NCBI GenBank assembly: GCA_012295275.1
Contig: CM022670.1
Span: 806,001-870,000, forward strand
Origin: Chrysomallon squamiferum
Taxonomy: Eukaryota; Animalia; Mollusca
Reading direction: 5' to 3'
Length of the DNA stretch: 64,000 nucleotides
Below are positions 53,041 to 64,000 of the stretch, piece by piece. Under the pieces are notes generated by a model. That model made no database searches and was not told the origin of the DNA. It saw nothing but the letters and a program-made list of their open reading frames with translations. Position 1 is the stretch's first letter, and every line of letters begins with the position of its first letter. A program made the translations under genes and the position numbers.

Positions 53041-56000
53041 TTAGATTTCAAGTTTATATAAATCAATAAAGAACTTGGCAAAACATTTTAGTTAAAGAAA
53101 AAAATGCATAGATCTTACATTGACTATTCAAGTGGTGTGATTTTTTTTTCTTCATTCATTTAAAAAAATACAGATCAATTTGGATGTCAGACGTGACATA
53201 TATTATCTATATTAATACTAACAGTATAAAATACTAAATCAGTGTCATACCTTGTAAATACCTGACTGGTGTCAGTGTTTCAAGTTAACTGGAGAAGTTC
53301 AAACTTTATGTCACAGACCACAGTTTCCATGTCCTGAAATGGAAAGAAATAAACAAGAAAATAAAGAAGTAAAAATAACAAATGATTTAACAATTATAAA
53401 AATGTGATTCTGCACATTTAATCAGAGATTTAGTTGACACTAAAACTGAAAAACAAATTATCTAATGAATTCAAAAATGTTTAACATTCCTCTCAAGGAA
53501 TATGAATAACTGCCTCCAAAATGCTACTTAATTTCGATTTGCAGGATCAACAATATAATAATTTAAAATAAATAGAAAACTTATGAATGAGAATTTTTAT
53601 AATATTAAATAATTAATTTTACACAAGATATTTGTTTATGAGCATGAAATATAAAATAGATTTTAACTTGAAGATCAGAGATAAAAAAGAAACTGATCTT
53701 ATTCCATAAGCAGAAATTATTTTAAAAAACAAAACCCTTAAAAAAAAAGAAGATAAAAATAAAACAACATTTAATAATTTTAAAAAAAAAAAAAAAAAAC
53801 ACCTTATAATAGAATTTTAATAAAATCAACAGCAATTACTAGAAGGAACATTTTCTGAATGCAATCTTTTTCATGCTTCTAGACTACACTGTTTTGAATG
53901 AAAAGTAAATCTGGTAATTTCAAAATGACACCATCTGCTGTAAAGTTCAGAGACTTAGACAATGAGAGAACAGCATTCAGATGTGATGAAGAACAAATGT
54001 ACAATGATGCCAACTGCATTCCAAGCAAAACTGATCATATCCCAAAAATGAAATGACAAAATAATAGCACAAAAGTCTAGCATCTGAAATAAAAATTATT
54101 AAACCAAAACCAAGATTAAAAAAAAAAAAAATTAAACATTAAAATGTATGATTGTGTGTTTCTGTGTGTGTGTATTTTGGGATTAAGTTATTTAATAAAA
54201 AAAATTTTTTAAATTAAAAACAAATACCAAAAAGGCATGTTTTGGAGACTAATTAAAATGTTTTACATTTTCTAAATATCCTTAAGATACATCTGTAACT
54301 GAAAAAAAACACAAAAAAGATAAAAAATGAAAAGAAAAAACCCACCATTACCAAAGCACAATTAATAAGAGTGTATAGCATACATAAAACCTTGTTAAAA
54401 TTATTTTAAAATGTAACTTCAGTGGTAGCAAACTACCTAAATGTATTTTGTGTACTTCCATTTATTTGTTTATGATAAATAACAATTTTCTGAGGATGCT
54501 GGAGCTGACACTTTCCTTTGTTTTATGTACAATTATCTTAATTAAAAATAAAAAACCCATCTCTATATGTATTCAGATTATTGTTACTTTTCCGACATTC
54601 TGAAATTAGTGGAAAATGGTTGCCCCAAAAAATAACATAGGGACTAAGCAATTATTATTATTATTATTATTATTTTAAAGGATACATGATATAAACCTAA
54701 AATCTATTGTCAGAAATGAAATCAGATTAAAATTAATCATTTAATTTTTGAGTAAGGCCAATAGATATGAAAGACTGAAATCTTTTATATACACCTTTCC
54801 TTAGACTGAAGAAGCAACCCAAGGAAAAAGCACAAACTATCAAAATATGTAAACATGTAAAACATCAGTAACAAATAAAAGAAAAAATAAGATAAAGTTT
54901 TAAGACTGTTTTCTCACAGACATATACATCATACAGGTAATAATTAATCAATATGTTGAACTATAGTTACTATCATTTTTCCATGTAAGTTATTCTAGTC
55001 CTTTAGCTATTTACTTTTTATAAATATTTAAAAACATCATCTGAAAATAGATGTATTTAAATTTCTTTTAGGAAAATGAATGTAAGTTTTATAATGATCT
55101 CAAATATTATAAAATATTATAAAGTATTAAATTTACTGCTTCAGTAAGATTTCAAAACCTTACTTCTAAGTATATTAGCCTAACATTCTAAATGCATCCA
55201 CCATATATATGCTACTGTCATAATCTTTGTGTTGAACTGACAGAAAAATTTAAAAGTCATAATTATCAACAATAAAGTTAGATTTCATTCCAGTACTCTA
55301 AAGTCAAAAAATATATTTTTCATTTTATTAAATCACTTGTGTTTAAGGAACTGAACAGTGTCTTTTAGCATGCCATATCCCAATAAAAATAAAAATTAGA
55401 CATGCAAAAGATATGGAAGTAAACCAAGTGTTTTTGCTCATACTTACATGTAAGTGACAATAGCAATCAAAACCTGGGATAATTCATCTATTTCCAGAAA
55501 AATAAACATACTGAATTATAACTAAATTTAACGAACACAGACGATGTATCCACACACAATTTTATCTTTCGTGTTGAAGTACTTACATTAATTCCAGAGT
55601 CAGTTCACTGGAAAATCAATGTTTGGTCTGATCAGGGCTTGTCAAAATAATCAGAAATGTGCTACAAGTCTTTCTACTATACCCATCAGCAGATATCAAT
55701 AAATGAAGTGGCAACTCAGGATGCTAATACTTTTGAAGAAGACGAACAAATACTATAAACTCATTTATATGTGACAGCAAAATATAGCTGTTTTATTCTA
55801 ATTTTGCTTATGCAATAATATAGGATTTTATTAACCTAAGAATATATATAAAATAAAATAATAATAAACTAAAAATAATAATATAATAAGTTAATAACTC
55901 AATAATAAATTAATAATAATAAAAAATTAATAATCACAATTAAAAAAATAACAGAAATAATAAATTACAAAATTAAAATATACAATAATAATTTTGTATT

Positions 56001-59000
56001 ACATTAACAGTAAAGAGCTAATGTTTATAATACAAATTAATATAATTTAAAACATGTTATTTTCTGCAAATTAATCAGACTGAAAATATATTGCCAGTGA
56101 TAAAAAAAAGGATATTTTTTGATATTGTTAATTTTGTGCAAACACATGCACATTTAGATAGAATAAATAAAAAACCCAACACCACCAAAAAAAAGGTTGT
56201 TATCTGCATGCTAATAATTTGACATTAAAATACACAATTTATTAAAAAGTAAATTAAACAGCAAACTGAAGTGCAAACTAGATAAATAAGTACATTATAC
56301 AAAGTATTCTTGACAAGAGTGAAGCTTTCCAATCCTAGAAATTTTGTTCTGATGGATTAATTATAAAAACAATATAAAAGAATGGAATTAATTTCAAAAG
56401 CAATTTCAACTGAGTAATTAGAAATTCACTGAATAAGATGGAATTTACATAACAGGAGAACAAAATGTAAAGCATGACTACTATTAAGGATGTTTGCAAA
56501 GGAGATTTAATCAAAAACAGGTTTCATAAGTTACATATATACAGTGAATGAATGTCAACTCCTCAGTATTTGCAGTTATTTAGCATTAGTCACATATTTA
56601 TTGTATAATTGTGATTTTAAAGGCAAAAGCTCTGAGTTTCTTTGTTTGATTAGTAACATGTGATCTTTTACCTTAATGTCCTACAGAGCAAGAAAAGATA
56701 TACTACAATATTTGATAAACCTTTCATATGGCATTGAAGCAGACAGTGTAAAGTATAACAATAAATAGTCTGGCTTTGTGATTTATTTGGAGATTTCTCA
56801 CACACACACACACACACACACACACTTCAACATTTTAAAATAAAATGCTCTTTTTTGTATCTATGATTATAGAGATACATACATAAAAAGAAAAAACATC
56901 CTTTTTTTCATTTCATTTTTGAAAAGAGGTTTTTAAATTGCAGTAATAATAAATACATTTCTTTTAAAAATATATAAAAACAATCATCTTTATGAGCTCC
57001 CAATAAAATACCCAACTTAAAACTGATATGGCCAAGTGAAATGAGCCAAATCTCTGCTTTATCTCAGTAACGCTGGAGTCAAGTTGCAGCTGCATGGTGG
57101 CAACATATACCAACTGCTTATATAACATGTTCAATGAAGGCAGATAAATTCATTATTTCAGAGTTGTGGGTAAATGAACAAAATATATTAAAGAAAATAT
57201 AAGGCAAGACATATAAAATCAGATCTGAAATCAGATCTGATTCCAATATTTTTATATTGCAAAATATGTGCTTGGTAAAATCAAATGAAATAGAAATATC
57301 CATACTCAGATTTTTTAATATTAACTTCTAAATTGAAAATTATTATTGTTTATAATTTTAAGTAAAACTATTGTTCAAGGGTTTTTTGGTTAATCCTTCA
57401 GTCATGATATAAATACCACATATCAACTGTCACAACAAAGAAAAAAAGAAAAGAAAATGAGAGTAAAATAATCACATGCAAACACAAAGAATAATTTGTT
57501 TAGGAAAGGATTCAGCTTATCAAAAATATTTTGCCATTTATTGTGAAACTGCTTCAGACATGATTAATTACTAATGAACTAGGTAGGAAAATGTATGAGC
57601 TGACACAATGAACATATTTTGTTTTCTTATATTAAAGAAAGCAAGCTGCAGGTTTTATTTTTTATTTTATTTCTTCTTCTTAAAACTAGTCAGACAATTT
57701 GGATGAACATACATGTTACCAATAATATCCAATACTAATTATCTGACAAAATTAGTAATTAACATATACAATTTTTATTTTAATAATTCCCAAGCATATT
57801 CCTGTAGTTTTTTTGTTTGTTTGTTTATTTGTTTGTTTTGTTTATTGTTGTTTTTTAAAATTTATTTGTGTTTGTATGAATGTATGTGTTATAGGTAATA
57901 CACCTGTTTGTATTAGGTATCAAATATATAATTACTGTCAAACCACATTAAGCAACCATAAACAAAGACCAGATAAAGTCACCTCCAATTAAAAGCAAGT
58001 CTATGTTACATGTGCTTTCCAAATGGAAGAATATTTTAATATTGATAAACAAGCTTGGAAGTATTAATAAACAAGAGAAAATTATTACTGACTTTCAAAA
58101 TAAATCTGGTTATTAATTAATTTTTTATACATTTTATTATTTTACTTGTATTAAATGTGTATATGTACATGTTCACATAGACTAATAAGGCATTCTGGTA
58201 ACATACTTAGCATTATCCTCAACTAAATCTGTCAGTTCAGTCTTAATAGATTTTGTGTGATCAATAATAACCCATTTCAGTGACTCATTCGAACACACTA
58301 ATACATGCACAATTATAATCTTTTAAATAATGCTGGATACTATTAATATAATTTTGATTGGAATATTTTTCTTTGTTTGTGTTTTTTTTTTTTTTTTTTT
58401 TTTTTAATTTATTTTTCTTTTGTTATTGTTTTATTTGTTACTGTTTAAATTTTATTTTCAATAATTTTAATTCTAAAGTAATTATTCCTAAAATTGAAAT
58501 TTCATAATTTTAAAAAATGTTACCATTCTTTCATATTTTTAATTTATTGAATATTTTTTTTTTTTTTTAATAATTCACAAGAGAAACAAAATATAACTGA
58601 AGTTATAAATAATATAAAATCAAATTATATAATCTGTGAATAAAAATAAGAAAAGCAAATTTGATCTGATGCAAAAACTTATATTTCATTTATGATTTAT
58701 ATTAAAGAAATGGACTGAAGTTCTTTGTACAGTGCTTTCCTAGGGTAAACTTAATTTACAGATGGCAGATTAGAGATTCAGCTTGAATGTATGTAGAATA
58801 TTTCTAAATTAATGATTACTATGTACAAGTCTGAAATAGAGAACATTCAAATTTATGTTTGCTGTGAATTTAATTCAGTATTACTGACACTTACTGTCAG
58901 TGTTGCCTTATTAAATTTTTAATATATATATATATTCTTTTCAGATTTGGTTGTTATTGTTTTATACAACTTTAAATGTGAAATATAATAAGGTCTGTTT

Positions 59001-59124
59001 GAAGCTTACAATAATCTCTGTCAATGTATTGTTACATACAGTTCTTTATATATATTATAACTTATATAAAACTATATTCTAAACTATAACTCTGGATGAT
59101 TTTTTCTGATTTTCCCAAATATAT

Positions 59125-59219
59125 ATCATCAGATAGTATTTATGATGGAACTACATTGCACTTTATCACTGAAATATATATATATATATATATATATGAA
59201 ATGATAAAATATATTTTCC

Positions 59220-59254
<35 letters not shown>

Positions 59255-59310
59255 CAGTGATAAAGTGCAATGTAGTTAAATCATAAATACTATCTCAGTA
59301 TCTGATGATG
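59125..59310. repeat. Long inverted repeat (fold-back / MITE-like) with (TA)n inner arms
   Basis: agatagtatttatgat..aactacattgcactttatcactgaaatata... is mirrored by ...tatatttcagtgataaagtgcaatgtagtt..atcataaatactatct. Confidence 0.85.
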
Positions 59311-59583
59311 TAAAAAAAATCTATAAACTGCATAACCATATTAATGTAAAAGAGATAACATTGTTAGTTCAGACTATGAAATTAATTTCTTATTTTATAA
59401 CAAATTAATTTAGTTATTTCAATATTTCTATTACTTCAGCTTCAAAAATTCAAATGCAGTGGCATGAATTGATAAAATTATCTTAAATCTAATAATAATA
59501 ACTAATATTGTAATAAGAGAAACGATAGATTTAACAAAAACTATTAAATTATTAATTACTTTGTGATACCAATGCGAAAGCAT

Positions 59584-59584
<1 letters not shown>

Positions 59585-59633
<49 letters not shown>
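59585..59633. repeat. (TAA)n microsatellite
   Basis: Direct inspection. Confidence 0.95.
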
Positions 59634-59916
59634 TTTTAAAATATCTGTAAGACAGTTCATAAGGAAGAACCTTTTTAAGCTTCAAAACGAAACTTCCTTC
59701 TAAGTTCTTTAAACAGGAAATCGTTTGCAGTGATAGCAGGTGCGCGGTAATAAATATGATTTCAAAAGTACAAACGTAAGAATACACATATGAAGTATTG
59801 TTTGTAATTTAAATTTCATATTATATATATATATATATTTTTTAATTATTCAGCCATATAAGTATATAGCATTAGAAATAATATAATTCAGGAAATAATA
59901 AGCCCGCAGTGATAAA

Positions 59917-59959
59917 ATGGCGACTACCATAGCAGTTCAGACTAGGAAAAGTCGACGGG
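59917..59959 (+). CDS. EMC6: EMC6 coding exon 1
   Basis: aaaATGG start, G|gtaatt donor, phase 1. Confidence 0.85.
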
Positions 59960-62900
59960 GTAATTATATTTAGAGAAATTATAATATACCTTAAATAATT
60001 AGTTTAAATAGCAAATATTGTGGTGTAGACAAGAATGCTCACTGCAGTGTATTTTGATCTTGCAGATACAGATAATTAACATACTTCATCAGTTCATGAT
60101 CATCTTTTTCAATTTTATAAATTTTAGAATTTCAATTTCTGGAAAAAAAAAAAAAAAAATGTATATATATATATATATACATTTGACATACAATATTAAT
60201 ATGTTAACTTTTATATTTTAATCTCAACATTTAAACAAAAAAAAGTTATCTAAAAAATAAAATCAAATAAAAATGATTTGCATGATAATGATGATTCACA
60301 AATAAAATGCTTATGATTTCGTCTCTAGACCAAGTCTAGTGTAAGCAACTTCGGTCGCCACTTTACATTTATAGGATAAACAAAAATCCAGGTAAAAATA
60401 TAATCAAATAAACAAACAAATAAATAAATGTTAGTAATAATAAGATAAGTCATCAGAGAATGAGAGATTGTAAAAATATAATAATTAGCTAAACTAATCA
60501 TCTAATGAGTAATGAGTAACATCAAATTATTGTTATGCATTTAATAAAAATACAGAACAATTCATGAAACTGTAAATTAAAACTGATTCAATTAAGACAT
60601 AAGAATATTATAATTTTATAGACTACTTATTATCTGGAATTAACACTAATGCAATAACATAATTAATTAATCTCATTCTATGTGGTCTTAACATCTCAAT
60701 TCAAATACTGTCCCCAAAAATTTCCATCTAACTTTACTGATGTATAAAACGTATGAAATCCATGCCAGAACACCAGAAAAAATAAAAATAAAAAAATGAA
60801 CCTGTATCTATTTGATCATACTAAAATGTTTTGTATTCCACAAATATATATTTTACAAAAAGTATATAAATTGTTTTCAGATGTTGTAGCTTACAGTGAA
60901 CTGGCTGTTCGTCAAAATGCTGCTATAATTGAGTATTGTCGAACATCATTATCAGCATTATCTGGGGCCACAGCAGGAATACTGGGATTAACAGCACTTT
61001 ATGGATTTGCATTCTACTTCATTACAGCATTTTTATTATCAGTAAGAAGTTTTATAGTTACTAATACTAATAAGTGCTTTGGGGGGGGGGGTAATTTATT
61101 TTCCAGATTTAAAACACAAAGAATATTGTTACACATAATTTAATCTTGTTTTACCATTTAATGCAAATAATGTATTATTTTAATTACTTTGGAGATTCTA
61201 GTGTTTTATATTATTTACATTATTAGCTAGTGTTAGTTCTATAGAAATAGAATGCTATCATCTGGAAGTGGAATGTAAAATTAATTTAAAACAAAATAAA
61301 GATGTTAAATATTAATAGATGAGAAAATTTCACATTGCAAAAAAATATACACAATGTATTTCTTTTTTAATTTGTTATTATAAATAATATACCTGGAATG
61401 CTAGGGATTTCATAATCAATCAGAAAATACAAACATTTATTATTATTTCTTAATTCTTGAAAAAAAAGAAGAATAAAGGAACTTTGATATTTAAAATTCA
61501 GAACTATGGATAATGAGGAAGAAAAGTTATTTAATACTTGTTTTGTTATTTGTTTTATATATAATAAGAAATCCCATATATATTTGTTTCTTTTTGTTGT
61601 TTAACTTTCTGTCAGTCTCTTAATCAATTAATGATAACAAATATATCAAAGTAACATAAATACATATTTATGTTTATTAAAAAACATAATTAAAATAAAA
61701 TTTTACAGATATAATTTTACATTCATCCATATTGCTGTATATCTCATAAATAAAATAATAATTTAAAAAAATATATATATTTTTCTTTCATTTGTTTTCA
61801 GATGATGCTTCTGTTCAAAGCAGGGTCTCGGTGGAACAGTCAGTTTGTCAACAGAAGATCTCTACTGATGAGTGGAGTTTTTGGTGGCCTATTTGTATCC
61901 TTAAAACACTACAAACCAAAAAGAATTCAGGCAGTTTACTTTAACATAAGGCAGTTAAGCATGAAGATGTCATTTTAGAAAAATCATTGATTTAAATGAG
62001 TTGTCATAAAACATGTTTTACTGCTTTTTCAACACCTTTTCCTTGTATATCAGAATTTGTAGGAAAATGTAATTAAAAGCTTTATCACATAAATATTACA
62101 TAGGAGAAGATAATACAAATACAGGTTTGGTGCAAATCAGCATGTTTGTCTAATCAATCTATCATAACAGCTTCTAAATGTTTTTCTATTTCACAGTAAT
62201 GGTTTTCACATATAATTTAATATTAATAGATAAAAATTATTGTTTTCACCTTATTTATTACTTTTAAGACATTAATCTATTTGCTTTATTGTTCTTTTAC
62301 ATTATAAAATTTATTTTAATAATCTTTAACGGTATCATAAAGATCTGATTGATCGAGATATAAGACTGATACTTTGTATAATTTTTTGTATCATTTACAT
62401 GAATGTGATGGTTAATTATTTCATTAATAACATTGATGTAAATTATGAATTTGATATTTTCCTTAACTCATTTTTCAGACATATGTTTTGTTTTGGACGT
62501 ATCCTTTGAAATACTCCTTTTTTGTTGTTATTTTTAAAAATGATTATTATAATTATTTTAATTTTATCAAATGTTTTTTCATAAAACAAACATTTTTTTT
62601 TTATTGTAATAAGAATTTGAATTAAATGTAGATATATAATTTTATCACTATACAGTTTTAATGACTCTAACTGTATTTGTGAGGCACATTTGCAGTTCTC
62701 TACCTTTAATGTTCCAAATGAACCTTTAAAACCAAAGAAATATAAAAATTCTCACCATATGTAAATGTTGAAAGGTATTTACATTTTATTATTGTTTTAA
62801 TTTCAGAATTCTATGACTGTTTTGAAAATTTAATACCATGCATTTTTTTTCTGTAAATATAAAAAATTAAAAACAAAATTCTGTACAGTATTTAAATCAA

Positions 62901-63020
62901 GGCAGTTAGAGCATTTTATTTTGCACCAAAAATATTAAATGCATCATCAGTTTTTCATTTCAGAAAGTGTTTACCTTAATCATTTAAAGATTTTTATATG
63001 GAATGGTTCATGTCTACTAG
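59917..63020 (+). CDS. EMC6: ER membrane protein complex subunit 6, complete, 115 aa
   Basis: Exons 59917-59959, 60881-61041, 61802-61894, 62479-62498, 62990-63020 give [115 protein letters not shown], with the EMC6 hallmarks [19 protein letters not shown] and [20 protein letters not shown]. Confidence 0.95.
60881..61041 (+). CDS. EMC6: EMC6 coding exon 2
   Basis: ORF 60796..61143; tttcag| ... |gtaaga. Confidence 0.95.
61802..61894 (+). CDS. EMC6: EMC6 coding exon 3
   Basis: tttcag| ... |gtatcctt, 93 nt. Confidence 0.93.
61895..62478 (+). other. U12-type (minor spliceosome) GT-AG intron, EMC6 intron 3
   Basis: 5' splice site GTATCCTT; branch site TTCCTTAAC at 62459-62467, about 12 nt from the 3' AG. 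Confidence 0.92.
62479..62498 (+). CDS. EMC6: EMC6 20-nt micro-exon (TYVLFWT)
   Basis: ttccttaactcatttttcag|ACATATGTTTTGTTTTGGAC|gtatccttt; supplies exactly the missing conserved peptide. Confidence 0.93.
62499..62989 (+). other. U12-type (minor spliceosome) GT-AG intron, EMC6 intron 4
   Basis: 5' splice site GTATCCTTT; branch site TTACCTTAAT at 62971-62980, about 10 nt from AAG; no polypyrimidine tract. Confidence 0.9.
62990..63020 (+). CDS. EMC6: EMC6 terminal coding exon (FLYGMVHVY*)
   Basis: accttaatcatttaaag| phase 2, TAG at 63018-63020. Confidence 0.93.
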
Positions 63021-64000
63021 GAGCTATACTGGAACATGCTGGTCAAGTCATTGTTTGTTCTCATTTCAAATCAACTTTCATTGTTCTGTGTAAATATTTA
63101 ATAAAATATTAATTACATTGTACAATCTTCTTGTTTCTTGGCCATAAAATATTAATTAATTTTTAAGCAAGTTAATTTTTTTTTAACAATATTAATTTGA
63201 AAATATTTAGTTTACTTATTTAAGAAAAAAACACCTATATTTTGTAAGGTGTGCAAGAGAGGAAAACTGTTTCATCTAAAAGTTCATAATTAACTAATTC
63301 ATTGTTTATATTTATTTTTCAATACACCATCTTTGATACATCATGAAGACACCATAAAAAGAACTGATCAGGTGATTCCTGGGCAGTGTTTTCATAATAC
63401 ATCGGTTTGTTTTTCAGTATAGAAATTGATTTAAAAAAATAATGAAAACAGATTATCAAAATAAATGTAATTTATTGAAAAAAACAAGAATAATTATCAC
63501 AGGTGTCAGCACAGCTGAATGGCACATCAAGAAACTGATGAAAAAACTAAACTTAAAAATATGTTTTTTAACTATAAATGAAATGTTTACAAAATTCAAG
63601 ATTCACAATTGTTTCCAAAATAAATATTAATATTGATATTGTTGAACAAAGGCATATTCTTGTTTATTTATAAATATATATATATTTTTTTAACTTTATT
63701 CCTTTATCACATAAAAGAAGATTTCAAAAAGTTCTACATAAATAACAACACCACCACCAAACTATCAAACAAAAATACAATCAAAACTTTTAAGAGAAAA
63801 TAAACTGTATAAAGTCAAAAACAGAATTGTAATCAAATAAATTAACATTTTTACAATAATCAACAAAAGCAATACCCAATAATAAATATTTATTAAAGAA
63901 ACCACCATTAAAGGTTACATGCAAATATAAATGAAGTATTTTAAAAATAAATATATATATATATGTATATTTATAGAAAGTTTATGGTAAGAAAAAACTA

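Larger units (their letters stand above)
59520..59960. promoter_or_regulatory. CpG-retaining promoter region of EMC6 (possibly bidirectional)
   Basis: Local cluster of CpG dinucleotides (e.g. tgcgcgg ~59741, cccgca ~59903, gtcgacgg ~59951) directly upstream of and around the EMC6 ATG, in otherwise visibly CpG-poor sequence. Confidence 0.5.

Overview
AT-rich, microsatellite-rich, intron-rich animal genomic DNA (invertebrate-like; lophotrochozoan/mollusc is only a guess). Three spliced protein-coding genes were reconstructed by hand. (1) The 3' part of a TTC6-like TPR-repeat gene on + (17 exons, 364-13294); one exon (~7627-7755) is scrambled inside a tandem array of its own splice acceptor. (2) A KLHL5-like (KLHL1/4/5 group) BTB-BACK-Kelch gene on - (9 coding exons, 30076-18406), convergent with TTC6, with a ~29 kb non-coding upstream region. 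(3) A complete EMC6 gene on + (5 exons, 59917-63020, 115 aa) whose last two introns are minor-spliceosome (U12-type) introns flanking a 20-nt micro-exon. The best candidate for an undescribed system is programmed stop-codon readthrough in the Kelch gene: UGA-CUA context, an 11-bp stem-loop 13 nt downstream, and an open 31-codon extension ending in a class-I PDZ-type motif (STWL). Other observations are repeated tandem duplication of splice-junction sequence in TTC6 introns, two fold-back palindromes, and clustered NBRE/AP-1/CRE motifs. No tRNA, rRNA, CRISPR array or autonomous transposon could be recognised. Most short ORFs in the supplied track are microsatellite or AT-rich noise.
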